Shown here: positions 23,004-35,901 of the stretch, piece by piece
Numbering within the stretch: position 1 is the first letter of the stretch
Layout of the letters: the number at the start of each line of letters is the position of its first letter
Assembly: GCA_965637545.1 (NCBI GenBank)
Contig: OZ281501.1
Span: 11,842,001 to 11,906,000, forward strand
DNA: 64,000 bases
Origin: Phallusia mammillata
Taxonomy: Eukaryota
Direction of reading: 5' to 3'
Notes under the pieces: model-generated
What the model was told of the DNA's origin: nothing
The model's input: only the letters and a program-made list of their open reading frames with translations
The model's database searches: none
Position numbers and translations under genes: made by a program

Positions 23004-25247
23004 TTGATTGGTCACAGGTGCACAGGAATGTAAAACATTCTGCGTGAAAGCTACGTGCCCGGAAAAGAAAAAGGTGCAATAAGGCCTTTTTTATGTTTAA
23101 AAAAGTTGTTTTAGGCGCAAACTATTTACATCGGAAAGTTAAATATCCTATTGTGCTATTTCAGTTTCTTGTGTCATAGTTTTTTATTGAACATAAACTA
23201 GCTTACGATTTACCTGTATGGGCGAAACGTGGCGCTCGGCAAAAATGATGTTCAGCGCTTTAATTATTGTGTCTGCACTCTGCAATATACCACCATTTTA
23301 CCTCTGTAGGCAGGCTTTGACGTGTTTCACACATTGTGCACATTATTGTAAGTTCGTTGATACTTTAAACCTTAAAGGATAACTTGTATGCTGCTATAAT
23401 TGTTTCATGAAATTTGGCCACGAGTTACAAGTTTGGTGCGGAGCTGTTACAACTTTTCGCCAATATTTATGTTGCTGTAGTTTTTATGTTTATGTTAAAA
23501 ATTTTATTCACCGTCACTGGTTTAATGAGCACTTTTGCATGAAATAAACAAGTAAAATATAAGATCCCGAACAGTTTTAGTCCAAGTCCAGTGCGATCCA
23601 ACACACAGTTTCGTTTTCGTAAAGTCGAAGAGGCACATGCATTTTTTTAGGTTGGCAACTTCTTTGCTGCAACTGACGCATTGATAGACATCGCAGAAAC
23701 TAAAACTAATGACAAACTTGTACAATTGTGCTGTTTTGTTTGAGGCCTTCGTGAGACATCTCTTACGGAAAATTTTTAAATTTACCCAACACAAACATAT
23801 TAGGGTTTATTGAGAAAATACCATCAATGCGGTACTTAGTGTCAATGGGTTTCGTAGGATCAATAAGCACATCTTTCAGACGTACTGTAAACGTCACACC
23901 GCCCCGGGAACACTACCATCAATCGTTATTATTTTTTTTTAATCGAGTTTGCAATACGTCTCAGGAAATTAATTCTAGATTGTATCACCGTGACGTCAAC
24001 AATCTGCTTGGCGGCCCAGATTGCGATACTATCTCGTTTGTCATTTACGGCTGTTTGCCGATTATCCGATCTTGCTTTTGCGATACGACAAGTACACAAT
24101 CGCCAAGTAAAATGGGCTGTATGAAGTATCCTCAAACTGATCAATGGATTTTCTAAACAGTAGATTAAAAATTATGTCTTCAAGGGCTGAAATCTATGAA
24201 CCAAATGCTGGCCGTTTTAAGGGTAAATACGCTGAACAGTTTATATTACCATAATACTACTGGGTTGTTGGGTTCGGTTCAGGTCATTTCGAGAACGCCG
24301 GTCTAATGCTTACCGATTGATAGTGGCCAGAAAAGAAAATAGTCAAGCTCGTGAATTATAGATCCGTATTGGTGCTTAATCGAAATTCAATGTGCACAAG
24401 GTACTAGCTACGACAGACAGCTGATTTCGAACCCATAGAGTTGTTTACGCATAGTGCGTCGATTCTTATCGATCTCGGTCGATTCGAATTTCCAGTGCTG
24501 CACCTGTCAGGGGTGTCTTGTCACCCTAACAACTTCTAGGATTGGGAAACACAAAATATGCGGAAATAAATAAGCTTTTTGTACTAAAGAATTAACATTC
24601 TTGCAGCGCCACGTGAAAATAAATTTACAGATAGTGAGTTCATTAATAAATAATAAGTGTGAAAATGATGTTGTCACGCTTTTGCCACGTCGCAGAACCC
24701 TGGCATTAAAATTTCAGAGGCGTTAATGTACCTCGCTCTGCAAGGCTGTCAAAGCAGGAAAACTAACCTTTATCGCATTTCACTGCTTTTGTTACATAAC
24801 TCCACATCGTTGCCCAAAAATGTAAGTATTTTCAACACACAGTGTGATCCAACTTTTTTTGGAAAGCATGAACCATCTTTCCACGCCAAGTGTGCTGGTT
24901 TGGCCACGTGTCCATTTTTATTCAGGATCTCCATTTATTTTACATTTACCCCTGTTGTTTGCATTTTTTCTTGAATTGACGAAGATTTGATCACTATAGT
25001 TTAGAGCAGTGGCTCTCAACCTTTCGTGGACCGTGCCCCCCTAAACGTAACTTTTGGACCTCGTGGCCCCCTTCAAGCAACCCTGTAGGACCTGTGGCCC
25101 CCTTAAAAACTGTAAATGGCAATCTCATGTTGGAATTCAGTACTAATTTCAACTTTAAACAGGTGTGAAATAGTCGATTAAATTAGGGAATAAAGTTAAA
25201 AAGGAAATGGATTTTAGTGGGTGTTTCTGGTGAATCTACACCCGTGC

Positions 25248-25306
25248 CAGCCGGTCACCAAGCAATCACCACCATATGGCAAGGCGTAGACTAGAAAAAA
25301 ATCTAG
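25248..25306. repeat. Short fragment of the tRNA-containing element (3' trailer part)
   Basis: CAGCCGGTCACCAAGCAATCACCACCATATGGCAAGGCGTAGACTAGAAAAAATCTAGC matches ~50876-50933 with two substitutions and one extra A. Confidence 0.85.
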
Positions 25307-26115
25307 CAAAAGTCAATGTAGTATAAACGTTTTTTAATACAAACACAATGAACGAGCAAACAGCGCGTTTGTGAACTCATCGGTTTTTGGAAAAAAATCG
25401 GGTTCCTTTGCGTTGTGGACATGCAGCGTATAGTCAAGGCGTCCCTTGGTCTGTCTTCAACGCTTTCAATGGCCAATAGTGCCTCGGCAATTGTCATAAG
25501 ACGGGTCGCGTTGCCAAATATTTGTGATCAACCTTCTCGCCCAAGCGGGATCTTTCTCCAGAGCTTTGCCCGTTGCAGTTGCAGTGACAGTCCAACTTCC
25601 GTGTCTGAACTTTCACACGCTCCTGTAGGCTTATGACCAATCACCCTGTTTCCCTCTGCGCTATGGAACCGGTCATAATCAGCGCCCGAACAACTATTTT
25701 TATCGCCCGCTGTTGTAATCGGTTTCCTATGACATAGGGTGCTTTGAAAATTCGCACCAGTTCATTTTGCGGTATGCGGTATTTCCAATTTTGTCGCATT
25801 TGACATTGACAAATTACATACAATTGGCCGTACCAGTTGTTCAATAACAACCGGGTTTTTCATTTCATAACCAACTTTTTTGTTGTTAAACATAGTAAAT
25901 GAACCAATTAGTTTGGGCCATTAGGCCAGACCTTAACTGTTTTGCAAAAAAACAAACGTAACGGATGTAAGTGTAACAAATTTTCGTTTTTTTCTTGTGC
26001 AAAAAAGCTTGATTGTAAATGATATAGCATAGACACAGTATCCAAACCAAGACTTGTTGCATGGCGGGCATTTTATTACAAACACATAATATAGGGGGAT
26101 ATGTACATTTTAAAT

Positions 26116-26391
26116 CAATGGTTCTCAACTCGTTTCGGGCCACGGACCACCAGCCCAGTGAAAATGATATCGTAGACCATTTTATTTTGGAGCAAAATTA
26201 AAGTATGCATAGGAAACAACCATTTGGGCTTGAAACATAATTCTTTAAAACCGATTTTCAAGACGTGAGATAACAGCTAACATTTTGATACTCTTTCAAT
26301 ATGTAATATGCAATCATCTCCAGTTTATCAATAAATTTATTGGACGTCCTGTGGACCACCCAAAAAGTCATCCACCAGTTGAGAACCACTG
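26116..26391. mobile_element. hAT-type MITE
   Basis: TIRs CAATGGTTCTCAACT / AGTTGAGAACCACTG. TSD TTTTAAAT (26108-26115, 26392-26399). Confidence 0.88.
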
Positions 26392-28552
26392 TTTTAAATG
26401 GATGACAAAGTCTTCGTATGCGTTATAAATATTGATGCGCCAAGAACATAAAAACAACACAGGATTGGTCCACATATTTCTGGATCAAACTCAAATCATT
26501 TTGATCATGTTTACAGTTTTATCAATGTTTGTTATGGAATGTTCCGAGATTAATTAGTCGAGAGCCGCAGTGTTGGATCAGTGATGCGGAACTTGCAAAA
26601 CTAGCTTCGGGAATGCCCCCTACAAATAAAAAATTACAAAATTAGTTTGGGGACAATTTTAGTTTACTTAAACACATGTGATCGAACATGCCTTTCGTTG
26701 TGTTTTTTGTTGTGTTCCAATTTATTAGTGCCCACTAATTAATGGTCCCTATTCTCCCGCACCTAATGATTGCAAGCGTCTCACATGGGGGCCGCTTGTG
26801 TCCACGTTAAACTACTCATTTAACAAAAAGTAAAAGAAAACTCAAAAACAATCACTAAATTAAATTTTGAAAAATATTAAATTTAAGGGAAAATATAAAT
26901 TATGTCGAAGAAAATCAAGCGTATACTGTATACTGTTATGCTTATAGTAACTGACCGTTTACTTTTACACACACGGCCACCAAATGTCAGGCACATATTG
27001 ATGAAATACGTGAAGTTTATGAGAAAAACCGAAAATACCACTTGTAGTACAAAGTATTTTATGATCAATATCAGACGCACCGAGTAATTGATTTCTAATA
27101 TTAAACGAACATAAACCAATGGTATTTTTGTTTTGTGATGATTATTTCCAGATTCTGTTGCTGGTTGTATGGACTTACCAAATAGGTTTACATTGCTTAT
27201 CTTTTTACCTGCATTAAAAAAATTGTTTTGTTTTTTATGGTTGTATGTGAAATATCAAATCGTATACTAAATTTAAAATCGTTTCTAGGTGTTTTTTTGA
27301 AGTGAAAAATGCTTCACTATTTTGCTGTTTAATTAATTTCGTGTGTTTAATAGTAAATAACGAAGCGGTGCAACGGATACAATGGCTGTGCTGGTTTTAA
27401 ACCCCCCACTTCGAGGGTTAGCAACCCCTGGTACTCGTGCTTTTTAAATGATTTTTAATGGCACGCCAAACAACTTGAGAGTTTATGTTATAGTTTTTGG
27501 TGTAATTAAAACCTCAACAGATTGATTGTTTTTAGTTGTTACGTTGTAACAATCTCAAAAACCACATCTACACACACAAATATGTCTGGAACTGATTACT
27601 GTATAAACTAACTGCATGGCACTAACTAAATTACGCACAAAATGTTGGCACGCAAAGCCATTACCATTTCGACCATTTTAACTAGTAAATTATCACGCGA
27701 CGTTCAAAAAATTGCCCGTCCTACTTGTTCATGTTACAGCCGGGGTCTATATACTTAAACTTTCTGTCCCTATTTTCTGTTTGTTTATTTTTTAAAGAAC
27801 CAACAATGTCGATACGAAAAAAAAGACATCTCTGAAGATCGAATAGGCTTAAGATTTTGAGCTAAGACCACCAACATGTTTGTTGCTTCTTGAAAAGTTT
27901 TTAAAAATCCTTTTATTTTCGCTGCTGGTCCAAACAAACATCGATCGCCGACCGATCTCAAATGGAGAACTTCGCGGGTGATTAAAACTTTTTTTCGATC
28001 ATTAATTAGTTTGTAGACACAAAATGTCTGTGTTGTGTAAAATTGTATACACTTGAAGTACAGTTCAATTTTGAATATTATAAAAAATATGGCTGATTTC
28101 TTTCGGAACGGGGATGAATAATTTTTGGTTTAATATGATTACGAATGAGCGAAAGTAGTTAGTTTATGTAAAGACAGGAACTGCAAGGTTTCTATGTAAA
28201 TCGTACCTGTGCCGATGCCAAACCACTGTATTGGTTATTTTGGTTAAAATAGGATTGACGTTTCAACATTAAATGACGGTGACCGTTTGTGATAAGTTGA
28301 GCCAAGCCACCAACGCTTTATCAAAAAACCGCATCAATCGGTAACCTTATTATCTCGACGCTTTGTAATTTATTCAGATGTGCGTGATTCGAATCCCAAG
28401 GGCCGTGAGGTTAAATTGCATCAATATCTTTAGCTTACTGCATCAGTGGTAGTTATGATAGTAGAATGATGGTATAGTGATCATGCACTATACCAACCTT
28501 CGAAGGTTGACCAGAGAACCATCAGCCAATTTATTTGGCATGGTATTTTATA

Positions 28553-28774
28553 AGGGTACAACATACCGAATGTATGCATTTGGTTGGTAAGGTTTTGTGT
28601 TCAGAAATGCGTCAAAGCAATTAGACCGCAGCTGGGAAAGGTGTTGGAAATGTCGTTGGAAAAAATGTCGTCTATTTAGGGTACAACGTACCCAATGTAT
28701 TCATTAGGTGGCTAAGGTTTTGTGTTCAAAACGCGTCAAAGCAATAAGAACGCTGTTGGGAAAGGTGTTGGAAA
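28553..28774. repeat. Diverged tandem duplication with ~125-bp period
   Basis: AGGGTACAAC..AAGGTTTTGTGTTCA..GCGTCAAAGCAAT..TGGGAAAGGTGTTGGAAA at 28553-28650 and 28678-28774. Confidence 0.8.
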
Positions 28775-29265
28775 AATTTATAGGAAAGCAGTTAATGTAG
28801 ACCAACGTATAGTCTGCAGTCGAGAATTAAATGTACTGGCAACCGTTCATTGATAAAAAAAACTGTTGCTGACTTGTGATATATGGCTTGTAAACTGGTG
28901 TTCAAGGAGTTTAGGTATAAAAGTACATGATTTTCATCCTCCCATGAATCTGTTTTAAGCAATATAGGTGTACACTAGGATGAACATTCTCTTTTCTCAA
29001 CTGCATTTTAGTAATAATATATGTTTTTTCAGTAACTTTACAAGCGCGACCATGTAGGCCAATAGGCCTGACTTTAATTTCGATTTGCAAAGTTAATCTT
29101 ATTTGTTACGAAATCAATTATTTGAGTTCGAAAACTGCCGAAACGCCTCAGCAAATCTTAATTGAGACTCTCTTCAACGTTATTAGAATGAGGGCACCAA
29201 ATTGACCGCAAGTCTTTTTAGGTTCCGCTAGAGGTCATATACATACAGTTTCTGTACCTTAGGTT

Positions 29266-29365
29266 TAGAGCTTGGCCGAATGGTCGGGCGCGCCTGACCC
29301 ACATGCAGATACAAAAAAACTGATCGGGTTTCGTCCCCGGGAGTGTCCTGGGTTCGAACCCCGTG
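29266..29365 (+). pseudogene. tRNA-derived sequence (tRNA pseudogene or SINE head, Leu/Ser-type layout)
   Basis: A-box-like TGGCCGAATGG (29273-29283) and B-box GGTTCGAACC (29351-29360). A CCTGA/TCGGG stem encloses an intron-like insert. No intact acceptor stem. Confidence 0.45.
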
Positions 29366-29938
29366 AAAAAAATATCAAGTCATATATAATGTACATAGGT
29401 CATTGTACTGTACTTTTTACGTGTTTGGAGGTACAATGCTTGTAAATAAGCTGACATGTAAGTCATAAACTGCATGTAGGTTTAGGCAAACTAACACACT
29501 TTAGTGCATACTTGCTCATAACGGTTCCATAATAACGTATATCTTTCTTCCGCGTATAATTGTCGAAGGTCGTGATAGTATTTGCAAGCGGCCACATATA
29601 TATTGGTATATGTAAGATTTCCAGAGTAATTTGTCAGTTCGCATTTCTCAGAAACCATCTTTCTACCGCACCCCTATTTTGCTCTCAAATTTTGCGCCGC
29701 TGGCAAAAGATCGAGGCGCCGTCATTGTAAGTTGCTGATTTTGAAAAATCTCTCGCAAGCAGATATCGAATGGGCTGAGTATGCAACATTGTCACATTTT
29801 GAGTAAATGCTAGTGCCTATTGCCGAAGACAACTTTGTGCCAATGTGGGCACCAATAGTGTTAAGGTATTGCAGTCTTTAGTATTGTAGAATATGTAAAT
29901 AACTATTTGTTGGAACACTATATACGGAACTGTTCATA

Positions 29939-30099
29939 AGTTTAATGGTGAAAATAACGGCCCAAATAGACGTAAAAAGCGACATGCTTCATTGTTCAAA
30001 CGTTTCGGCAAATGCTCATGCTATCATTGCCGAAACGTTTGAACAATAAAGCATGTCGCTTTTTACGTCTATTTGGGCCGTTATTTTCACCATTAAACT
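29939..30099. repeat. Near-perfect 73-bp inverted repeat (palindromic MITE-like hairpin)
   Basis: 29939-30011 pairs with 30027-30099 with one mismatch around a 15-nt loop. Confidence 0.92.
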
Positions 30100-32732
30100 A
30101 TTTGTTAGTAATTTGAAATCAGATTTAACGCATATGTCGACTAATGCCACTTGCGCAAGTCTTTTTTTGCTCGTCCAACTATTATTAACAGTACGTAGAA
30201 TGATAGAAAGGTACTGTACACTGTCAGATCTATACAACTTTGAAGGAGGTGTGTCACAGCTAGAGCACAGCATACCAGACAACTGATAGTCTTCTTTTGG
30301 AGTCAGATCGGATTTCGCTGCGTGTCCGGATTCGATTACCCTTCCATGGCGCGGTAATTTGTGACCGTAATTTGCTGCCTTGTTCCATATCTAGGTAAAG
30401 AACGCGGTTACCACGACAGACAGAAAATTGAATTTTACACTGCTGTGCGCCTAAATGGAGCTTAAACGATAATGCTGTAGTTATATTTTCGCTGCTTTGT
30501 TTGTATATAATGAAACACTATAACAGTGATAACAGGTTGAAGCAAAAACGTTTTGCAGAACTAATGTTTGTGAGGTGGTTTAATATTGCGGGTCGTGTAA
30601 GATTCTGATAGTTTTCGATTTAGGATTTTGACTGTTTCATATTACATTAACTAACATAATTTTGGTTTTATTCTGCTGCACTTATTTGTATGCTACACAA
30701 GTTAGCATTTATTTTCGCAGCATATCCTCGTTAAGCAAAAAAGTATTAACAAAAGCCTAAGCAATTGAAAAGCCTCGCAAACACCTGTTTGACACGTTCA
30801 TTTAACCCTGTTTTAAATAAGGTAAACTTATTCATTACCAGAGAAAAAATAGGGTCACAGGAAAAAACAAAGAATCGCCGTTACTTTCAGAAAGCCCAGT
30901 GTACGGCCGCAGAGTTCAGGAATTGGCCTCGCACATTGCGCGCAGGTAATTACCCGTACATATGGCTGTTCAATAATATAATCATCGCTCATTAGTGGAA
31001 TTGCAGCTTGAGGTTGTATGTGGGTTGAGTGACGAAGAAAATCCTGCTGCCACATGAATGTACGTCACTGCTGTCAAACTGAAATTCCTTGACAGAAAAT
31101 GAATTACTTGAAATGAAAAAGGCGAATATGTCTATAAATCGTCTGTAGTGCAGTCAGGGGTCAGGAAGGAAACACATAAGCGTCCAGGTGAGCTCGAGAG
31201 GAATCATGTCACTTTTTTCATTCGACAGTAAAGGGCAAGCGGACAATAAGGTAAGTCTGAGTTGTAAGTGGCCTGAGATGAGAGGCCGAAACCGAGTGAA
31301 GTGGTGGGGATTGCGCTTTAGCGCTTGTTGACTCAGTGTAACAGGTTGTTAGAATCGCAGTGGAGGCGTAAAGCCGATGTGTACAACTGCTTTCGGATTT
31401 TATGAAAGCATTTAGAAAGGTATTGGATATCGGCGAACCCAGGGACCGATGTACGTGAATTCCTTGTAACAGATTGTTAGTTAGCGTCAATTCGACTTGT
31501 AGAATTTTTTTTTAAAAAGATGTAATTCTGTTGTTTGGTTGACAAATGTTGAAGTGTCGTTTTTGCAGTTTAAACTTTTAATTTTTCTATCACAGATTAT
31601 TTTGAGTTTACTGCATCTAACTTAGCAGTTCTGAGCATAATAATTAGATTTTGGTTCAGGCCCAAAACGAAATGTATTTTCAAATCTTAATACCATATTG
31701 ACATATCATTAGCGGTTAGATAACGAAAACAAACCTCGCATTTATTTGACCTTCTGCTAGCTGGTCCATGTACGCATGATGACCTCAAATGTATAATATT
31801 GTTCAGTCCGTTTAAGTTCACTCCCAAATTGCATATTCTTGGTACAATGCTTATTGCCTTAAACACATACTATTACCTTACATACATAATATGCCATATA
31901 GGTTTTAACAGGTGACAGATGCAGGTAGATTCAATTACGCAACAACATTTTAACCGCTTTTGAGGTATAATTACCAGTACTGCTATTAGCCACGTTTGAA
32001 CATGACCATAATTGATTTTACATGTTGAATAAACAATTGGCTGTTCCGTTTTAATAATGGCTGCTACCATATTATGCAACTAATAACTCGTATTCAATTG
32101 GACTGGGCCGTAACAAACATTTGTATCGATACATATACAAATAGCTGGTAGTATTAGATAATAATTAACACATATGATTGCTATGTGAAAATCCCGACAA
32201 TAGTAGTCTCTGCGAACAAATAACACCTCAACATTTAAATATATGTTTAAATCAGTGATGCGTGTTCTATGTACTTCTAAATAAATCCCAGCATAAGCAC
32301 AGTTGTGAGTGTCTTTGTGATAAGATGCTGCAATGGCAGTAAGTAAGTAATTTCAGTAAATAGTGTGCTTTTTGGGATCATTACCCAGTCGGCATTCACA
32401 TAAAAAACTCTGCGCCAATAGTAAAGCTTCGATCCGTTGACGGAAATCTCCGCCCTGAATATAAATCTTATACTTCTGTAACTTTATTTAGTGCATGTCA
32501 TGAATATATACCGTTGGTGGAGTATAAACAACAAGGCGTGTTAAAAAAACTTTTTGTCGCTTACTCGAGTCAGCCCTCAATGTCAATAACAACGGCGCCA
32601 ACAAAGAGAAAAGACTAAACTGTACAATGACTAGTTATCATAACACACCCGGGAACTGGGAATGTCAGGCTTGGATTGCTTCAAGTCCAATGGCAACAGA
32701 GAAACTTTTATCGTGTACATGTATAACATTTA

Positions 32733-33238
32733 GGCCCGATCCACACTGGTTAATTGCTCGCACGCACGATCGCTCGCTTGGCTTGGAATTGCGTCGGCGT
32801 TGACCACATTGTCTACTTCATGCTTGGTTGACTGCTAACATTTTGTCAAGACTAAATGATATGAAATCCCGCATAAAATTATTAAACATAATTTTTCCTG
32901 AATAATATTTGCTTTATTACTCATTGCTATATACTTTGCTGATCTGTGATTACTAGCTAGCACAACATAACGAGTTTAAACATTATCTGGTATTTATGTA
33001 ACATCGTTTGGGACACACAAAATATATCAAAGAACATATATATGCAGTTTTACTAACATAAACACCATGTGACTCAACCCCTGCATAACAAATTCGTTCA
33101 CTTTTGCCTGCACGCGCTGCCCGAACAATGGATTTTCAATTCGGCTGCGAGCGACGCACGCAGCGTGAGATCAAGCTCGCGCCGCCTGCGGACAAAACAT
33201 TAATAAACAAAGATCGTGCGAGCAGTGTGGATGGGGCC
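32733..33238. mobile_element. PIF/Harbinger-type MITE
   Basis: TIRs GGCCCGATCCACACTG / CAGTGTGGATGGGGCC. 3-bp TSD TTA (32730-32732, 33239-33241), typical of PIF/Harbinger. Confidence 0.85.
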
Positions 33239-34869
33239 TTAAGGCCCTGAAAAGTGGTAACCTACTCTTAATTGCAGTAATTGTTATTGTTGTTGTTGTT
33301 GTTGTTTTTCCTCGCAGGTGAACCAGTGTTGTTGTTATTATAGGTGTCAGTCGAGGACCCAAATCCAACATTTGCTAAGTTAGGCAGAAACTGGGCCAAA
33401 CGTCAGGAATAATAAGTCGACATGGTAGCACGAACAAAGCGGTCGACCAAACCTTGCCTTAGATAGGCAACCAGGCATGTTACACAATTCCTTGCACAAA
33501 ATATTAACCGTGTTGCCTCTCGTGAGTCGAGAGAAACCTTCGTTAACTTATTTAGGTTCAAAATTACATCACTCGCACCTTTGTCACATTTGGATATCAT
33601 TGGTTGTGTAAGTTAATTATGCGGTGGTTGTTGTGTTATTGTCAGCACAGGGCTTCCAGACAGCATGTTGGCAGCACTAATTTAGCAACTAAGCATAGCA
33701 GACGCGGTCAGTTGGGTTGATTGCCTTTGTAGCGTTTAGCTTTTCATCTTGCATAATGGATGCGACCAACATCAAAGATTTATTACGTTAGGTCAGGAGT
33801 TGCCCTATCCCAGGCAATTGAAGCTAATGACACACGACCGCTTTGTTAGGCTGCACAAATAATAATGCGATTTAACGTCACAACAGGAATGGCAAATTCC
33901 TCACAAAACGTAATAAATTCACTTTTATTGTTCTTAGCTGTTCGTAATAGGGCAGGCTAATGTTTTGTGGTTAATATCAGCAAGTTGTTTGTTTTGCAAA
34001 AAAATGGCACCAGCACTTTGCATTCCACGAAAAACAATAGCCTTGGTTAAATTTTACTTCAAATTTTAGAAAAGAAACAAAGTAAAAAACAAAGTTCTTT
34101 TGTTCATGACCTTGATACTAACAACGTTTCAAATGTGGTTTTGGCGCTGCACGGGAATAAATCGCCGTTTGTGTCTAAGTCGTGCCATGACAAGTCGAGA
34201 TAAGTGTGTAACTGGACGATCATCTCTCACCGCAGTTATCTTGGTATAATTCAGCTACAGCACACAATTTCCCGTGCTTTCACAAACTTTTTTAGCCCAT
34301 AGAGATGATTACAGCCACGTATCAATTTTGAAATTGCAATTTGCTGTGCAATCTACAGTAAATATAGATTTGGATTTTTTAGGAAATTAATGGGTTCACT
34401 CTTGCAGAACTTGTCTAGCAAATTTTTTCTACCATTTATAAAATATTCTGAAAGCTTGTAAAAAACAATTTGTTTTAACGTTAATATTTTTAATGTAGGT
34501 GTCAAACTTAAACACAGCTTGCTTTAAACGTGATTCATTGGCAAATCGTTGCAAACTGGTTCTTGACATATTTTTAGTAAACATCGAACGCGATAGTAAA
34601 CATCGAACGAAGCGTTGCGTAGTTTGTATTGATTTGTTTCAAAAGAGAGCCATTCAACGAGTCAAGCTGAGCACAATTAGGACACATGTTAGATGATATG
34701 GATCAGAACAATGCGAGATAGCGTCGTTGTCCAGCATCATGCGAATGTTGCACATATAGATATAGTTTATGCTGGCTCAGTAACCTAAAACTATTGTGTT
34801 TTATTTCAGATCCATCTGAATGTATAGTCTATATTTAGGCTTAAAAATCACAACTGCGCACTGTTAAAA

Positions 34870-35901
34870 ATGAATGTGACTGCAACCACACCGGTCGTAA
34901 ATGACACAGGCAACAGCACTGGTTTTCCACAAATATTTTTCGACCCTCGTGCCGGAATGGTCAGACCTTGGCTTCGCGATGAGATTCTGACTTCGTCTCT
35001 CACGGCCATCGCATTATACTTGGTAGTAAGTTTATCTATTTTTCAATGGCGACATGATCAAACCAAAGGAAAAGAAGGCAAAAACAGGAAGAGTTTGTCG
35101 AAAAAGGTCGAGGACTTTCTTTCCCAAGGCGCGCTTTGTCTCGCTGCTAGCGTCTTTGCCCTTGTACGATGCATCTTCGAACAAATCGAACTTCGCTTTG
35201 GTCAAACATCCGATCTTGCATGCAAGATCTACCAACATCAACTGGTTGAGGTTTTTCACACGTCTCTCATCTGCCTCTACCTTTTGCTTTGGTCACGTCA
35301 GCTAAAAATGTACAAGCACAAAGCACTGCGACATTTGGGATCTCCACTGCTCCGATTTATCAGTGCTGTAGTTATTGTGGGCTACGTTGCATCAGGTGCC
35401 GCGACAGCTATCATCTACCTGGTTAGCTTCACTCTTATCAGCTCGCCAATTGGTTGCGTTTATGACCTCACCAAGATTGATCCACAGACGTCAACTTTGC
35501 CCGGACTGCTCCTTTTTGTCGCCGCGCTAGTGTTCCAGTTCTCTCTTCTGGGACTTCTTATTTACCCGCTGGTCAAGCACTACAAAATCCGCTTGTGCTG
35601 TGGCCCTGAAGTTGCTCGACAGAATTCCGGTAATGTGCGACGCACCGTGATTCGACTCAGTGTGTGCGCTAGTGTTTGTGTTCTATCCGACATGGTATCT
35701 TGCATCCTGCTTATGACATTGCACGACGGAGTAACAGCTATCAGTTTCTGGGCAAATGTGTACACTATTAACTTAATTGTAAACATTCTTACGGTTACTC
35801 TGTCTTTTGTTGACTGGAAGCGTCGACTGTTTCCTTGTGTACAATTCAAGTACAAGGAAGTGCCCACGTCTGGCAATCAGACCAGCAGCTCGGCACTATA
35901 A
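34870..35901 (+). CDS. Intronless orphan 7TM GPCR-like protein, 343 aa (paralog B)
   Basis: Single ORF with seven hydrophobic segments, sequons NVT, NDT and NST, and the TM3/ECL2 Cys pair (LACKIY, IGCVY). Shares blocks with paralog A, for example EQIELR.GQTSD.AC, LYLLLW.RQ.KMY.H..LRHL and FWANVY..NLI.N. Acceptor TTTCAG at ~34810 suggests a spliced 5' UTR. Confidence 0.88.
   Translation: MNVTATTPVVNDTGNSTGFPQIFFDPRAGMVRPWLRDEILTSSLTAIALYLVVSLSIFQWRHDQTKGKEGKNRKSLSKKVEDFLSQGALCLAASVFALVRCIFEQIELRFGQTSDLACKIYQHQLVEVFHTSLICLYLLLWSRQLKMYKHKALRHLGSPLLRFISAVVIVGYVASGAATAIIYLVSFTLISSPIGCVYDLTKIDPQTSTLPGLLLFVAALVFQFSLLGLLIYPLVKHYKIRLCCGPEVARQNSGNVRRTVIRLSVCASVCVLSDMVSCILLMTLHDGVTAISFWANVYTINLIVNILTVTLSFVDWKRRLFPCVQFKYKEVPTSGNQTSSSAL

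Noticed and set aside
25303-25850. ORFs suggesting a transposase fragment
   Set aside because: I could not match any catalytic or dimerisation motif in any frame.
33281-33306. (GTT)n run giving a poly-Thr ORF at 33171-33371
   Set aside because: A simple microsatellite. The ORF overlaps the end of a Harbinger MITE and is not credible.
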